A stretch of 64,000 nucleotides of DNA from Camelus ferus (GCF_009834535.1 NC_045697.1:18044001-18108000); one strand, 5' to 3'. Positions 37,046 through 50,800 are shown, numbered from the stretch's first letter. Notes: generated by a model from the letters alone, not told the origin. Program-made: numbers and translations.

Positions 37046-38249
37046 TTGGCAATGAAAAGAACACACCATGTCCCTAAGTATTGTGAATCTGGAGGGACCT
37101 TGTAGAGCTCGGAGGACTGTGGGTGGATTTCCCCACACCTGGATTATGTGCGCTCTCATTTCTGTGCAAACCTCCTGGCTTTGCTCTTGTAAACAGTAAT
37201 CAGGTTAGGATGATGGGGGCTGGGGCGCCCTTGGCCTCCTGGCCAGTCCTGCCTAATCATAGTCTGGATGGAGCAGTGCCTGGGCTTTGCGCCTGGATTT
37301 CCATGTGCCACTCTCAGCTTAAGAAACTTGCAATCAGCTCAAAGCCAGGGAAACAATGGCCCATGGGGACAGTGGCTTGTCAGTCTGTGCTGTGAAACCA
37401 GCCATCATTTAAACCAAATGTGATAACAGCTGATTAAAGCAGAACTGCCTAAAGACAGGTCTGTAGCAGGCACACACTGAGTCCCCTGCTGCCAGCGGCC
37501 GCTCTTCTTGACACAGGGCCAACCCCGAGACTTGGTAAGGTCCCCACAGATGCTCCAGCAGCCAGGGAGCTGATGGCCTTGGAAATGCTGAAAGCAGCTG
37601 GCTTCATCAGGACTGGTTGATGGATTGGCACATGGGGAGTGAAACCTTTGACTCTGCCCAGGGAAAGGCTGGTGGGCACTGCAAGAAGAGCTGTGATGAG
37701 TAAACCTCGTGGGGACTGGGTCTAGTCACTGACAAGGGATCTCAGTGGGTCTACGGAAGTTGCCCCCCCAGTTCTAGCTGCTTTAGGTCAGATAATTTGA
37801 CAGCTGGAAAGGCCCTACAGATCATCTTTTGGATCCCAAGCCTGGCTGCTTACGGGGTCAGTGGGGGCTCCTTCCCCAAGTGGATTTCCCTCTCCCTCAA
37901 CTCTGAGGCAACTTTATCCTGAATTTGGTGATTATCATTATAATTAGGGAAAATTTTAAAAATAAAAACCATCTCTAAAGCTTTGGCCCCAGTAGGTCAG
38001 GGATAAAGTTCAGGAATCCGTAGTTTTAGAAAGTACCTCCGGTGATGGGCTGGAATGGATGACGCCTGTTAGCACTGAGATACGCCTGAGTGGCCTGGCC
38101 ACTGGAGTTAGAGCCAAAAGACCAGAGGTCCAATGCTGGCGGTGCCACCTCCCACCTGTGTGGTTTTGGGCAAGGGACGTATCGTCTCTGAGCCTCAGTT
38201 TCCTCATCTGCAAAAAAGGAATAAGGACAATGAACTCCCCTGATCTTGT

Positions 38250-38433
38250 GCCTGTGAACTTGTAAAATGCTACACAGACATAGGTCTCAAAGACTCATGC
38301 TGATGGCTCATCTGACCTAGGGTTGGTCATCTCCAGCAACAGGGAGCTCATTATTTCTAGAGACAAGCATTTTTACTTTGGGAAGCTCTGAGAGACCAAA
38401 GGTCCTTCTTTACTTTGAGCAGAAATCTGTTCT
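38250..38433. mobile_element. L3/CR1 fragment, resuming at ~40270-40480
   Basis: tccagcaacagggagctcatta...ccttctttactttgagcagaaatctg; continuation acttccttactctgaacagaaatctg..gcaattttctcctattgg. Confidence 0.6.
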
Positions 38434-39072
38434 TTGGTATCTATCTGAGGAAAATGAAAACACTAACTTGAAGATATATACACCCCCATATTTATAGCAG
38501 CATTATTTACAATAGCCAAGATGCAGAAGCAAGCTAAGTATCCACTGATGGATGAATGGATAAAGAGAATGTGGTGTATGTACACAGTGGAATATTTTTC
38601 TGCCATAAAACAGAAGGAAATCATGCCATTTGCAGCAACATGGATGGACCTTGAGGGCATTATGCTAAGTGAAATAAGTCAGACAGAGAAAGACAAACAC
38701 CACATGATCTTACGTATATGTGGAGTCTAAGAAACAAAAAACCAAACCAAACAAATTAAAAAACCAAGCTTACAGATACAGAGAATGGATTGGTGGTTGC
38801 GAAGGTGAAGGTGGAGGGTAGGAGAAATGGGTGAAGGGGCTCTCATGGCGACCATAACGAATAATACTGTATTGCATATCTGAAAATTGCTAAGAGAGTA
38901 AGTCTTAAAATTTCTCATCACAAAAAAAAAATTTTATAACTATATGTGGTGACAGATGTTAGCTAGACTTATTGTGGTGATCATTTCAAAATATATAAAA
39001 ATGTTGAATCATTATTTTGTACACCTGAAACTAATGTAATGTTATATGTCAATTATACCTCAATAAAAAAAG
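38434..39072 (+). mobile_element. LINE-1 3' end (L1MA-like)
   Basis: ORF 38521-38730 KYPLMDEWIKRMW.MYTVEYFSAIKQKEIMPFAATWMDLEGIMLSEISQ is the L1 ORF2 C-terminus; ends caataaaaaa. Confidence 0.95.
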
Positions 39073-39117
39073 ACAGAAGTGTATTCCAATCTCCAATAAA
39101 CCTCCTTATCACTCAGG

Positions 39118-40045
39118 TTTCTTTTTTTATTGAAGTAGGGTTGATTTACAATGTTGTGTTAGTTTCTGGTATATAGTACAGTGACTCATTATACAAATAT
39201 ATATATTCTTTTTCATATTCATTTTCATTATAAATTATTACAAGATATTGAATATAGTTCCCTGTGCTATACAGTAGGACCTCATTGTTTATCTATTTTG
39301 TATATAGTAGTTGTATCTGCTAATCCCAAACTCCTAATTTGTCCCTCTCCTCCACTTCCCCCTTTGGTATTCATAAGTTTGGTATTCATGTCTGTGAGTC
39401 CGCTTCTGTTTTGTAAATAAGTTCATTTGTGTCCTTTTAGATTCTACATATAAGTGATATTATATAGTATTTGTCTTTCTTTTTTTTTAGAGCAATGTTT
39501 TTTTTGCTTTTTAAAAAATTTAGTCTTTTTTTAGTAATTCTTCCTTGTTTGTTCATTGTTGCTGTTTTGGGGGGAAGGTAATTAAGAATTAGGTTTATTT
39601 ATTTAATGGAGATACTGGGGATTTAACTCAGGACCTCATGCATGCTAAGCACGCACTCTACCACTGAGCTATACCCTCCTGCCCATCTGTCTCTTTCTTT
39701 CTTCACTTAGTATAATAATCTCTAGCTCCATCCATATTGCTGTAAATGGCATTATTTCATTCTTTTTTATGGCTGAGTAGTATTCCATTGTATAGTTATA
39801 CCACTCTTCTTTATCCAGTTATCTATTGATGGACATTTATGTTGTTTCCATGCCTTGGCTATTGTAAATAGAGTGGCTATGAACATTAGGACGCATGTAT
39901 CTTTTCGAATTAGAGTTTTGTCTGGATATATACCCAGGAGTGGGATTGTTGGGTCATATGGCAACTCAATTTCTAGTTTTTTAAGGAACCTCCGTACTGT
40001 TCTCTGTAGTGGCTGCACCAATTTACTTTCCCACCAACAGTGTAG
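39118..40045 (-). mobile_element. LINE-1 3' end (cetartiodactyl type), antisense, with nested SINE
   Basis: ORF 39767-40069 [38 protein letters not shown] (L1 ORF2 CCHC region). Confidence 0.95.
39481..39684 (-). mobile_element. Camelid Vic-1-like SINE with extended 3' tail
   Basis: Minus GGAGGGTATAGCTCAGTGGTAGAGTGCGTGCTTAGCATGCATGAGGTCCTGAGTTAAATCCCCAGTATCTCCA; approximate TSD atttgtctttct / atctgtctctttct. Confidence 0.88.
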
Positions 40046-40069
40046 GTCACTTAGTTTTATGTTATTCAC

Positions 40070-40245
40070 AGTATTTTTCAGTATCTAAATTTATCTTATT
40101 TATTTCCTTGTTTACTGGCTCAGTATCCACCTCCTATTAGGATGCAGGCTCCATCGGGTTAGGGACTGTGTTCACTACTTGTGTCCCTAGTACCTGGAAC
40201 AGTGCCTGGTACACAGTTGAAGCTCCATAAATTCTGGCTGAATCA
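40070..40245 (+). mobile_element. L2 3' end
   Basis: gtccctagtacctggaacagtgcctggtacacagt. Confidence 0.8.
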
Positions 40246-40669
40246 TGAAAACAAAACAGAATAAAGCGAAAAGAACTTCCTTACTCTGAACAGAAATCTG
40301 TTCTCTGCAATTTTCTCCTATTGGATTTAATTCCTCTCTTTGGGAGCCCACAGGTTAGATTTAATCCCTAATCAGCAGACCAGCCCTTTGAATAATTTCA
40401 GATAATCATACTCTTTTCCACCCTCCTCCACACCTCAACTCCAGGCTTCTTTACACACTGTCTACTGAGAAAGTCCCTTTATGAATAAGCAAGGTCCCCA
40501 AAAATCACCATAGGCATGGCTATATTCCAGCAAAATCGGAGAGGCAGATTCCAGGGTTAGTAATTCAGGAAGAGCCATTTTGGCTCTAGTTAATTAAATC
40601 ACTTATTTAAATTAGTCACCAGTGCTATGGGAGCTACTTGCTAAAAGATTTACTTAGTGTAAGCATAAC

Positions 40670-40900
40670 ATTCATAGAGCTTTTTTATGTGCCAGTTGCT
40701 GTGCTAAATGAATTTGCAGGCACTTAGTTCTTTACAACAAATTCTACGAGATTACTGCTGGTGCTATTTGCATTTAACAGGTGAGGAAATCGAGGCTCAG
40801 AGAGGTTAAGAAAGTGCCCGAGTTCATTCAGCCAGCAAGTGGCACACTGGCATTTGGGCTCAGGTCCGTCTGACTCCAGAGTCGACATGTCCATAACCGT
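40670..40900 (-). mobile_element. MIR SINE
   Basis: acaggtgaggaaatcgaggctcagagaggttaag...ggtccgtctgactccagag. Confidence 0.9.
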
Positions 40901-42439
40901 GGCATTGTCTCCCGAGCTGGTGGTTTATATAATGGAGGGGAAAAGAGGACTTGCAGCTGGTTCCTCTTAATTATTGACTTATCTCCCTTTGCCTTTGGAA
41001 TTTTTCCTATTCAGGCAAGAGCTAAATGCTCTGGGACACAGAATGGATGCCCAAAGTTTACCTCATCCTCATCAGACTCCGCAGGAGAGTTTTGAACTTC
41101 CTTCCTTCAGGGAAAACTTTACATCTTCCTCATTCACATCCTGCTCCAACCCTCCTTTGAAAAGTTGACTTTACAGCTCTTGAGCTGCTTGCTGGCTTGG
41201 CATAAGACCAGTGTAGAATCCCCTCCTGTCCTCTCCCTGTTCTCCCTGACAAACTGGGGCCACCTGCCACTCATTTCCCTGTGGAGTGGCTCCTGGGTGA
41301 ATCTCACTGAGAAAGCGCCTCCCTGGCTTTGGAGCAGCAGTTTCTGCCCTGGGGCAGCCATGCTTCTAGCATGGAGGCTGTGGAGCTGGGTGGGCCTGTG
41401 TGACTTCTCAGACAGATACTCCTTCTCCACCCCCCGCCCAGCCGCCCTGATGAAAGCTTTCCTGAATTGAGTCGAAAGGGACATCAGGTTGTCACCCACA
41501 AAAATCCTGCCAGCCCCACCACGCATACACCCAACCACCTGCCTCTCAATGTCTGAGATAGTTCTTATTTTAGCCGGAGTTGTAAAGGGTGGAAGCAGGT
41601 TCTTTTCAACTGAATGTGAGATATGGAAGTGCTTTGAAGATTGGAGCTTAAGGTCATGCATAAGGAAATCAGTAATCAGATGAGGATGTTAGACTGTGGA
41701 CTTTTCCTTTTGGGGTGCAGTACTTGTTGGAAAATTCATGTCAACTCTGCCCAGCATACTCTTCCTGGACTAGAACAGTGAACCAATCCCAGAATGCTGT
41801 TTGGTACTAACTCACAGCAGCCACCAGCTCCCCTGAGGTTCCGTTTGCCTGTCTATAAAGCCAGCTGTGGGGTGAGAGGTTTTACCTCCCATGGTGGTGG
41901 TGAGGGGGCAACCAATGGAAGCGTTTGAGATAAAGGTGACCCTGACAAGGATAAAGTGTGGTAACTGTTGACTAAAGCAGATTCATTTCTATGGTCCAAA
42001 CTGATGGACATTTTCAAGATAATCACTTCCTTTAGGTTTTGATCCTGAAGAGTGACACTTAGAAGTGTGGGGTGATAGGCATATTTTTGGCATCATTTGT
42101 TGCTTGCCTGAAAAAGACATGTCAGGAGCAAGGATGTAAGGCTAAGTCTACTTTGCACAGGAAGAAACAAAGCAAACAATCAAAACCAAAAGGGGCCTGT
42201 CCCTGAACAGAACCACACTAAATGTTACTGTTATTTTTTTATGGAAGGATAAACAGGGCCAAATTGTTTCCTCTCATCGAAACAATAAAAGAAGCTTAAA
42301 GAAGCTTAGGTAGATATTCTAAAATGACTGAAACCTAGGATTCCAAAATAGTCTCTGAACTAGAACTAAATCAAATTGACGTTTCATTTAAATGGATTGA
42401 TAATAGGAAGTTGGTCATTCTACTTGCAAGAGTAGGTTT

Positions 42440-42840
42440 TGTTTCGTTTTGTTTTTAATTTGAGGACAAATTTCCATACTGGGAAATGCACAAATACAAA
42501 GTGTACAGTTTGGTGAGTTTTGGCAAATGTATAAACATGTGTATCTTATACGCTGATCAAAGTAGCACCATCACTACAGGATGTTTGCCCACACCCCTTT
42601 GGGTCAGTCCCCATCCTTAGAGATAACTAACCACTGTTCTGACTTCTAATATTGTAAATTTATTTTATCTGTTCTTCGCGTCTTGTAGGAGCAGAATCAT
42701 ACAATATGTTCTCTTTTGCTCAACAGAACATGTTCGAGATCCCATCATGTTGTTGTTCGTGTATCCACAGTTTATTCTTTTTCATTACTGAGTAGTATTC
42801 TGTTATGTAAATGCACCACAGTTTGCTTATCCATCCTCCT
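42440..42840 (-). mobile_element. LINE-1 3' end (L1MD/ME-like)
   Basis: aatgcacaaatacaaagtgtacagtttggtgagttttggcaaatgtata; taaccactgttctgacttct. Confidence 0.85.
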
Positions 42841-42884
42841 CACAAACTTTACTTCTACAAGTCATGTAGAGGCAGTAATAAATA

Positions 42885-43970
42885 AATCACTCATTTATTC
42901 ATTGGGCAAATGTTTTCTAGAACTTTCTCTATGCCAGCCACTGTTGGAGGTGCTGAGAGGCTTTGGGGAATAAAATGAAGCCCCTGCCCTCACAGGGCTT
43001 TTATTCTAGTGGGGAGAGCAAACAATATATAAGCAAAGAAATGAACAAGATATTAGTGAGAAATGCTGTGAATTGTAGTAAATCTGAGTGATGGCATGAA
43101 AGTGGTATGTAAGGACACTGGGTCTTCTTTAGACTGGGGGGCTGGGAAAGACCCCTCTGAGGGGGTGACTTGGATGACCTTGGGGCGATACAAAGGTCAT
43201 GACCAGGCGAAGACCCAAAAGAGGAGTGTTTAGGCTGAGGGAACAGTTGGTGAAAAGACCATAAAAGGGACTGAAAGGGACACATCAGTGTTGAAGAAAC
43301 AGCAACAAGCCAGTGTGACTAGAATAAAGTTATTAAGGGCAGAGGTGGTAGGAGACAGAGAGAAAGGAGGAGGGTAGAAGCAGATGTGGTGGAAAAGGAT
43401 TTGGGGTTTTATTCTAGGAGTGATGGAAGGCCACTGGAAGGTTGAAACAGGGAGTCACATTGTCCCATTTTCATTTTAAAAAGGCCATTCTGTACAGGGT
43501 GAGGGAGGGGTGTCAGTGAGGTCAGTTAGGAGGCTTCTGGAGGGAGCATGTGAGATGATGGTGATTAGGGTGGTATCCTCAGAGACAGGTAGAAGGGCAC
43601 TGATGAATTAGATGGGGAGAGGGGGTGGGGCTGTGCCAGAAAGAGAAGAACTGGAGATGACTCCTAGGTCTTTGATCTGAGCAACACCATCCTCTGAGAT
43701 GGGTAAAGCTCAAGGTGGTGGTGAAGGGGGTGTTGAGAGAGAAGGCATCAAGAGTTGTGTTTTGGCTATGGCGACTTAAGGTATCTGTTCAGAGTCTTCA
43801 ACTGGAGGTGTCTGGTGGACAGTTGGATGTACATAATCTGGAGCTCAGTCGAGAGGCCAAGGCTGGAGACAAGCATGTCTGAGTCCTCAACATACGATGG
43901 ATATTTAGGGCTGGAGGACTAGACCAGACCACCTAGAAAGAACAAGACTGGGTTAAAGACTGGGTCCTAG
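42885..43970 (-). mobile_element. L2 LINE, ~1.1 kb
   Basis: tcactcatttattca...gccctcacagggcttttattctagtggggag...gatggaaggccactggaagg...ggagctcagtcgagaggccaaggctggaga. Confidence 0.88.
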
Positions 43971-44964
43971 AGAAGAACCAGGGGAGGAAACTGATCAAAT
44001 GATACATGCAGTTCTGTTATTATTCTCGTCTCTATGGCTCTTTAAAATTCAGTAGGGACTTTGACATTTAGTTATTTGAGCTTTGTAGATATCCTGAGAG
44101 AAACTCAGTAGAACCATTGTTGCAAATGGCCTAAGCCAGATTGGCCATTCTCAGATATTAGGCTCTTTTTGGTAAGTCTTGGAGAGCCCTTAGGAGTCAG
44201 ACGTAAGTGAAGATTTGATACTAAAAGGGAGTAAAGGAAGTCAGTATCAGAACCAAAATTACTATAGGGATAGATATGTATTAGCCTATGGGCTTAGAGG
44301 AAGCTCACAGAATGATCTTACAGCAGTTCCGTAAGCTCTGTGAAGCCCCAGCCCTCCGTCTCTTTTGGGGATCCCAAAGCACCTTCACGAGTGTTCTCTT
44401 GATGAGACCACAACACTCTGTACCAGGGATGGGGCACAGGATATTTTAGGGATCAAACCTCTGTTACCATCCCTGAGGGTTAAGGGTGAAAGATCAAATA
44501 AAGGCAAGAAGTGTTGCTGAAATATTCTATGCTGAAATACTTTATCTTGACTGTCATCACTCTGTATATTGAATACCTCTGCTTTTATTGATAGAGCCCA
44601 CTTGATATACATCCTTTCTTTATGCTAAGAAATCACTAAGTTCCCCCCAATAGAAACTCTTTTCTAACGTTTTATTAAGTGGATCAGTAGAGCCAAATAT
44701 TGCAATGTCTTGATGGACGTAAAAGTAGACTAAGTGCTTATAGTCGTGCCTTCTGGGGTGGGGTCTTTGGGACGTAATAATAGCGCACCAGGCCTGGAGT
44801 GTGTATACCTAATCAAGGTGACCGAATGCCCCTTATGAATACCCAATAACACTCCTCTCTCATTCATATCTCTCTGGCTTTGCTGGCATTTTTTAAAGTA
44901 AATTACTAACAATAAGATTTGTACAATTAAAAATCAATCTGAAATAGTGGAAAGAGTCAAACTT

Positions 44965-45385
44965 AGAATAGTAATAATAACAAACAGGTACAAATGACTG
45001 AATCCTTACTCTGCGCGAGGTGCTGAACTAGGTTCTTTGCATAAGAGTTTTATTTAATTTTCACAAAAATCCCATGAGTTAGATGGTATCACCTTCATTT
45101 TATGTATGAGAAAATGGAGGCTCAGAAACTGATTTGCCCAAAGAACCTGGCTGGTGTGTGGCACAAGATGACTTTGAACTTGGCTCTTTCTGATTCCAAA
45201 GTGTGTGTTGTAACCACAGTGCTGCGCTGCTTGGACCCGAGACCTGGATTTGACACTTGCCTTTGGAAACATTGCTCATCTTGCTGTGTGTCAGTTTCCT
45301 CATCTGTAAAATGGGGGAGGGGGTAATAATAAACACAATGTTCATGAAGCAGGTTCATAAGCTGAAAATGCTTTTTTTGTGTAAA
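44965..45385. mobile_element. Two adjacent MIRs in opposite orientation
   Basis: gagaaaatggaggctcagaaac (-) then tcagtttcctcatctgtaaaatgggg (+). Confidence 0.8.
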
Positions 45386-45784
45386 GTCTCATTGTTTGCA
45401 TGACCTGGATCCTATTCTGGGCCCTTCACTTAATTGTTCACATGTCTTCCTTGATGACAGGAGAGTGGCTGGGAGTGTTTTGTGCAGTGTCCAGCATAAC
45501 CCCTTGGCCAGATCTTCCCTTGGCTGTTCTGAGCCTGGGCTTGGGGCCCAGCATCCCAGAGCCTGCAGCATTTCCTTGAAAGTCATTGCACAGACAACAG
45601 TTCCTCCTGGTTTCTTAGAAACAGCCCCAGGCCATCCTCCTTGAGTGGGCAAGTGTGCATCCTGGTGATGGTGAGCCAACCACAGTCTTCCTCTGGCAGG
45701 TGCTGGACATCCACTGGGGCACAAGGATGTGTTATGAGAGTGCTTGTAGAGTGGGGAAAGATGGGTTAAAATCCTATCCCTGGT

Positions 45785-46080
45785 TGTTCATTCACTCATT
45801 CAACACATGTGAATTAAGCATCTACCACTAGGTGGGGAGAACATGATGGTAAATACGCTGACATATCCCTATCTATGGAGCTAGCAGTCTATCAGAGGAG
45901 AAAGACAATTAAACACTTAGAGTAAAAAATTTAGTGAAGTGAGCCAAGAATGCATACAAAATACATGGAGAGTTGACTTAGCATAGTCTTGGGGAAGTCA
46001 GGGAAGGCTTCCTGGTGGAAGGGATGTTTAATTTGAAGGAGTTTACCTGGTAAGGACAGTGAAGAGATAGGAGAGACTTC
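45785..46080 (-). mobile_element. L2 3' end
   Basis: gttcattcactcattcaacaca...gtcagggaaggcttcctggtggaag. Confidence 0.8.
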
Positions 46081-46517
46081 CTTGTAGTGGCGTTTGGTTG
46101 TGATTTAGATTTCATAGCTTAGATGCACTTGCATGAGAATTCAAAGGCATCTGCACAGTGTCATGCATGGAATAGCATTGCTGGTTTTTCTGCAGTGTGT
46201 TCCAGTGTCCAGGCACCAGCTACTTGGGAGTCTGGAGGCAGGGCACAGGCCATGTATTTCTCACTAGACTGGATCTCTCAGATGTGATGTGGCTCTAAAT
46301 CTAACACTTGATGCTTGAAGAGGTGTGTTGCTGGAGGCAGTAGCTTTAGGACTGCCTTCTGTAGCCCTCCCTTCCTGATGGAGGCAGAGGTGGCAGCTCC
46401 CTGGCAGGCTGGTTCTGCAGTGTTGTCCTGGCATCATTCCTGGGGGTCTGGTCCAGAGCTCACTGCTCCAGCCTGTCTAATGATATTTGTATCTTTTTTT
46501 AAAATATAGATTTAGAA

Positions 46518-47096
46518 GGTTTTTTTTCTTTTCTAATTGAGATATAATTGACATGTAATATTGTATTAGCTTCAGGTATACAACATAGTGATTCAATATT
46601 TGTATGTATTATGAAATAATCACCTCAGTAAATGATGTTAATATCCATTATCACACATAGTTATAATTTTTTTCTCATGATGAGAACTTTTAAGATCTAC
46701 TCTCTTAGCAACTTTCAAATATACAATACAGTATTATTAACTATAGTCACCACACTGTACATTACACTCCATGACTTATTTATTTTATAACTGGGAATTA
46801 TTCCCTTTGATCCCCTTCACCCGTTTGCTCAGCCTCCATTTCCTTCTTCTAGCAACCACCAATCTGTTCTATTGATGGGCTCAGTTTTATTTTTTTAATT
46901 TTTTAATTAAAAAATTTGTATGTTCCACATACAAATGAGATTATATGATATCTGTCCTTCTGTATCTGTCTTATTTCATTTAGCATAATGCCCTCAAGGT
47001 CTATCCATGTTGTTGCAAATAGCAGGATTTCCTTTTATTTCCTCAGTGGCTGAATAATATCCCATTGTGTGTGTGTGTGTGTATGATTATATATAC

Positions 47097-47140
<44 letters not shown>

Positions 47141-47572
47141 ATCGCATTTTCTTTATCCATTTATCCATCAGTGGACACTTAGGTTGCTTCCATGTCTTGG
47201 ATATTATAAATAATGCTGCAGTGAATACAGGGGTGCAGATATCTTTTTAAGTTAATGTTTTCATTTTCTTTCGCATATATAGCCAGGAGTGGAATTGCTG
47301 GATCATATGGTAGTTTTATTTTTAATTTTTTGAGGAATCTCTACATTGTTTTCCATAGTGGCTGCACCAATTTGCATTCTTACCAACAGTACACGAGGGT
47401 TTCCTTTTCTCCACATCCTCACCAACACTTGTTTGTTCTTGTGTTTGTGAGACCAGTCACTCTAACAGGTGTGAGCTGATATCTACTTATGGTTTTGATT
47501 TGCTTTTCCCTGATGATTTGTGATGCTGAGCACCTTTTTATGTGCCGGTTGGCCATTTATATGTCTTCTTTG
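46518..47572 (-). mobile_element. LINE-1 3' end (L1MA-like) with compound (TG)n microsatellite at 47066-47140
   Basis: attgagatataattgacatg...gatctactctcttagcaactttcaaatatacaataca...ggaattgctggatcatatggtag. Confidence 0.95.
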
Positions 47573-47684
47573 CTGTAAATTCTAAATTCTTCATTTAAAA
47601 TCCCTTTCTTTTTGCAATAGTTGGAGTGGTTTCTATTTCCTGCCTCAAACCCTTACTGATACTGTCTGTGGAGGTACAACTAGA

Positions 47685-47819
47685 TTCATTTATTTAGTCG
47701 ATGTTTTCTGAACACCTAGTATGTGCCAGGCACTGGTTTTAGGCTCTGGAAATACAACAATGAACAAGACAAAGGCCATGTCACTTTTCTCATATTATCA
47801 CGGCAATTACATTCTAGAG
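47685..47819 (-). mobile_element. L2 3' end, cut by the hAT insertion
   Basis: tcatttattt...cacctagtatgtgccaggcactggttttaggctctgg...ttacattctagag. Confidence 0.8.
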
Positions 47820-50800
47820 TGGAGCAATCCAATAGAAACATAATGTGAACATAAGTAGTTTTAAAATTTCTGGTATCCACATTATAAAGAAGTAACAAAA
47901 ATAGGTGAAATTAACTTAGTAATATATTTTACTTAACCTAATGTATTCAAAATATTCTTATTTCAACATGTGATTAATATAAACAATTTTTAATGAGCTA
48001 TTTTACATACTTTTTCATACTAGGTCTTGGAAATTCAGTCTTTTGTTTTTACTTACAGTGCATCTTTATTTAAACACAAAACTTTCATTGGATACAATTT
48101 ACAGCTAAAAAAGCAATTTTTCATACCTAATATAGTTCAAACATTCTTAAAATTTTCCACTAATCTAAAAAAGTACCCCTAAATAATTTTTCTTTAATAT
48201 ATGCATACATATTGACAAAACTTGTTCATCTTTTCTAGAATTTATTTGACTTTGGAGCAAAAGCATATGAGTTTCAAAACTACATCTTTCCAAGCTAAGT
48301 AAATTTGCCAACCCTTGGGTCAGCTCAGAAGCATGTTGCATAAACTGAAGAGCAACCTAAAATTGGTCAGTGATAATGAAACGTTCTTTCCTTTTTTTTT
48401 TTTTTGTCTCTATAGCCAATTTACACAGCACCTGTCAGTTGGGATGAAAATAATCTACATATTGATTTATGGTAGAAAAAGGTGTAAAATTATTATTATT
48501 GATTTATATAATAAAACTTTCAGTCTCAACACGAATCCTCACACCTGTCTAGCTGGGTAACAGATAAGCTGTTCTTACCTCGGAGTTTCACAATTAGCTC
48601 ATTTGTGTGCAGTATGATTTTAATGACAACATAAGACACACTGCCACTTTCTGTCTCTGATTACTGAATACTTGGCAAGTATTCCCTTTGTTTCAAGAAA
48701 ATCTTGAAGTTAAAAATGCAGTAAGTCTTTATAAAACTCTTCCATGATTCAAACAAAGAGCACTTGGCAAAGATCACAAGGTCATTAAAGCCATCATCTT
48801 CTATTTCTTTCCATAAACTGGAGATAATTCACAGCATTTGAATATATATGATGAACAATTCTGACAACTATACCCATGATGCTTTTCATAGAGTCTGCTG
48901 CAGAAAACTAAGTACAAATATTTTTGATAAGTATTATACAATGGACTAAGCAAAAAGGAAAATTATGATTTTTTAATTTGAAAATTCCTAAATTCAAATT
49001 TTTGACCTAGCATTGCCAAACTACCATTTGTAGTGATAGAAACTAATTTTTTCTTACCTAGCTGGAATTCTTCTTTGACATATATAAAAGATTAAAAACT
49101 ATCTTTGCCATATGTTAGTTTTTTTAGGCTATAAATTGACAATATTTCTTTGTAAATTCGAGGTCCTTTGAGATGAAATGTCTCCAAAGTATTATTCGGG
49201 CAGTGTCTGTTACAGCACAGGACACATCTAAAGCTAGGGAAAAGTACTTTCAGTTTTTCAAATTTATTGATTGGTCTTTGCTATTGTTAGAAAAGGCTTG
49301 TATTTTATGGGCAATTATTTAGTGACTTAATTAAACAGCTTTCACTCTTCGTAAAATATCTTTTTTTCAGTCTTTTCCTCAGTATTTTCTAAAAATATTT
49401 CCATTACTGAAAAATACTTTCCTTTACAATTTCTTTATCTAAAAATGTTTTTCTTTTGTGAAAGAATCCAAGCTTTTTTATAGCTGGCCAAATTTATAAG
49501 CACAGATCTTATTTACATTTATTTAAAATTTTTTAAAAATTGAAAAATAATTACAAATTTCTTTTTGAACATTTAATCTTGTTTTTAGGCACCTAATTTT
49601 ATTAAACTTTTTGACCACTGAAAGGAAACTTCTTATTAAATCCATTATGTATTTGCAGAAAAATGTCTCAATATCATCCACTTTATCATCTTAAAAATTT
49701 TTTTTTACACATTGATCTGCTACAGGAAATTGCAATTCCATTTCATTATCTTTTTTTTGCTTTACTCATCTGATTATAGTTCTAGCTTCTGCGTCTTCAC
49801 TTGATTCTGCATCATTAGTATAGCTTCATTTAAAATTTTAAAATTTGGCCATAGTTTTTTAAACTAGAAAAACTTAATTACATTATAGTTTTACAAAATA
49901 AGTGTTTTGATTTAATTACCAATTATCATTGACACAGATATCTTTGGACTTCCTATTATCTGCAGAAAATATTTGGGTAGACACACTGCAATGTTACATA
50001 GGTGCATAGAGGGAAAAAAAATTGAACTGAAGCAATTCAGTTTACAGGTAAAAATGACATCTGTGCCCTACATGTGTTGCCGAAGCAAACTGAGGTCTGC
50101 TCATCTGATGTGCAGCGAAGCCAATCTACTGGCTGGTTGTGGTGAAGGAGAGTGTAGACAGCATTTATTGCAGGGCATCAAGCAAGAAGGGGCAGCTCAT
50201 GCTTAAAAGACTTGAACTCCCTGATGGCTTTTAGGGAAGCGTTTTTAAAGACAGTGTGAGGGAGAAGGTCGCAGGGGTGAAGGGTCAGCTTCTGCACAAT
50301 TCTCTGGTTGGTTGATGGTGAAGTAACAGGGTGGTATTGTGGAAAATTCAGTTATCAGTTTTCTGGTTCCAACCACTTTGGGATCTATGTGCTGGTGGTC
50401 CGCAGGCAGTTGACCTCTTCCACCTGGGGTTTACAACTCAAGAATATGGCTCAGGATATACTAGCCCTTGAGGAGGAACTAAATGTCCTTGACTTTGTTT
50501 TATGGCTAAACTATTACTATTTTGTCTTGCTTGATTGTTTTTCTTTGTTTCTGTATTTTTTCACTTCCCTGATTAAATTTACTCATCAGAACTCAAGGAA
50601 AGCTTAGGAAGCTAAAGCTTTTCTTCACAGAAGAGGTGGGGGGCGGGGGGTGGGGGGCGGTGTCTGTCCCCTGGAACACCCTGCAGAGTCCTACTGGGTT
50701 TCATGTGCACGACAGCAGTCATATCTTGTGCGATACAATGGCTAAGTGAAATGTAGTTTGAGCAAGACAGTAACTGTGTCGGTGGGAAAAGGAGTGTTTC

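Noticed and set aside
48300..49900. Domesticated transposase gene (ZBED/Buster-like)
   Set aside because: Multiple stops and frameshifts and loss of conserved residues (CxxH His, W of RW); it is a fossil
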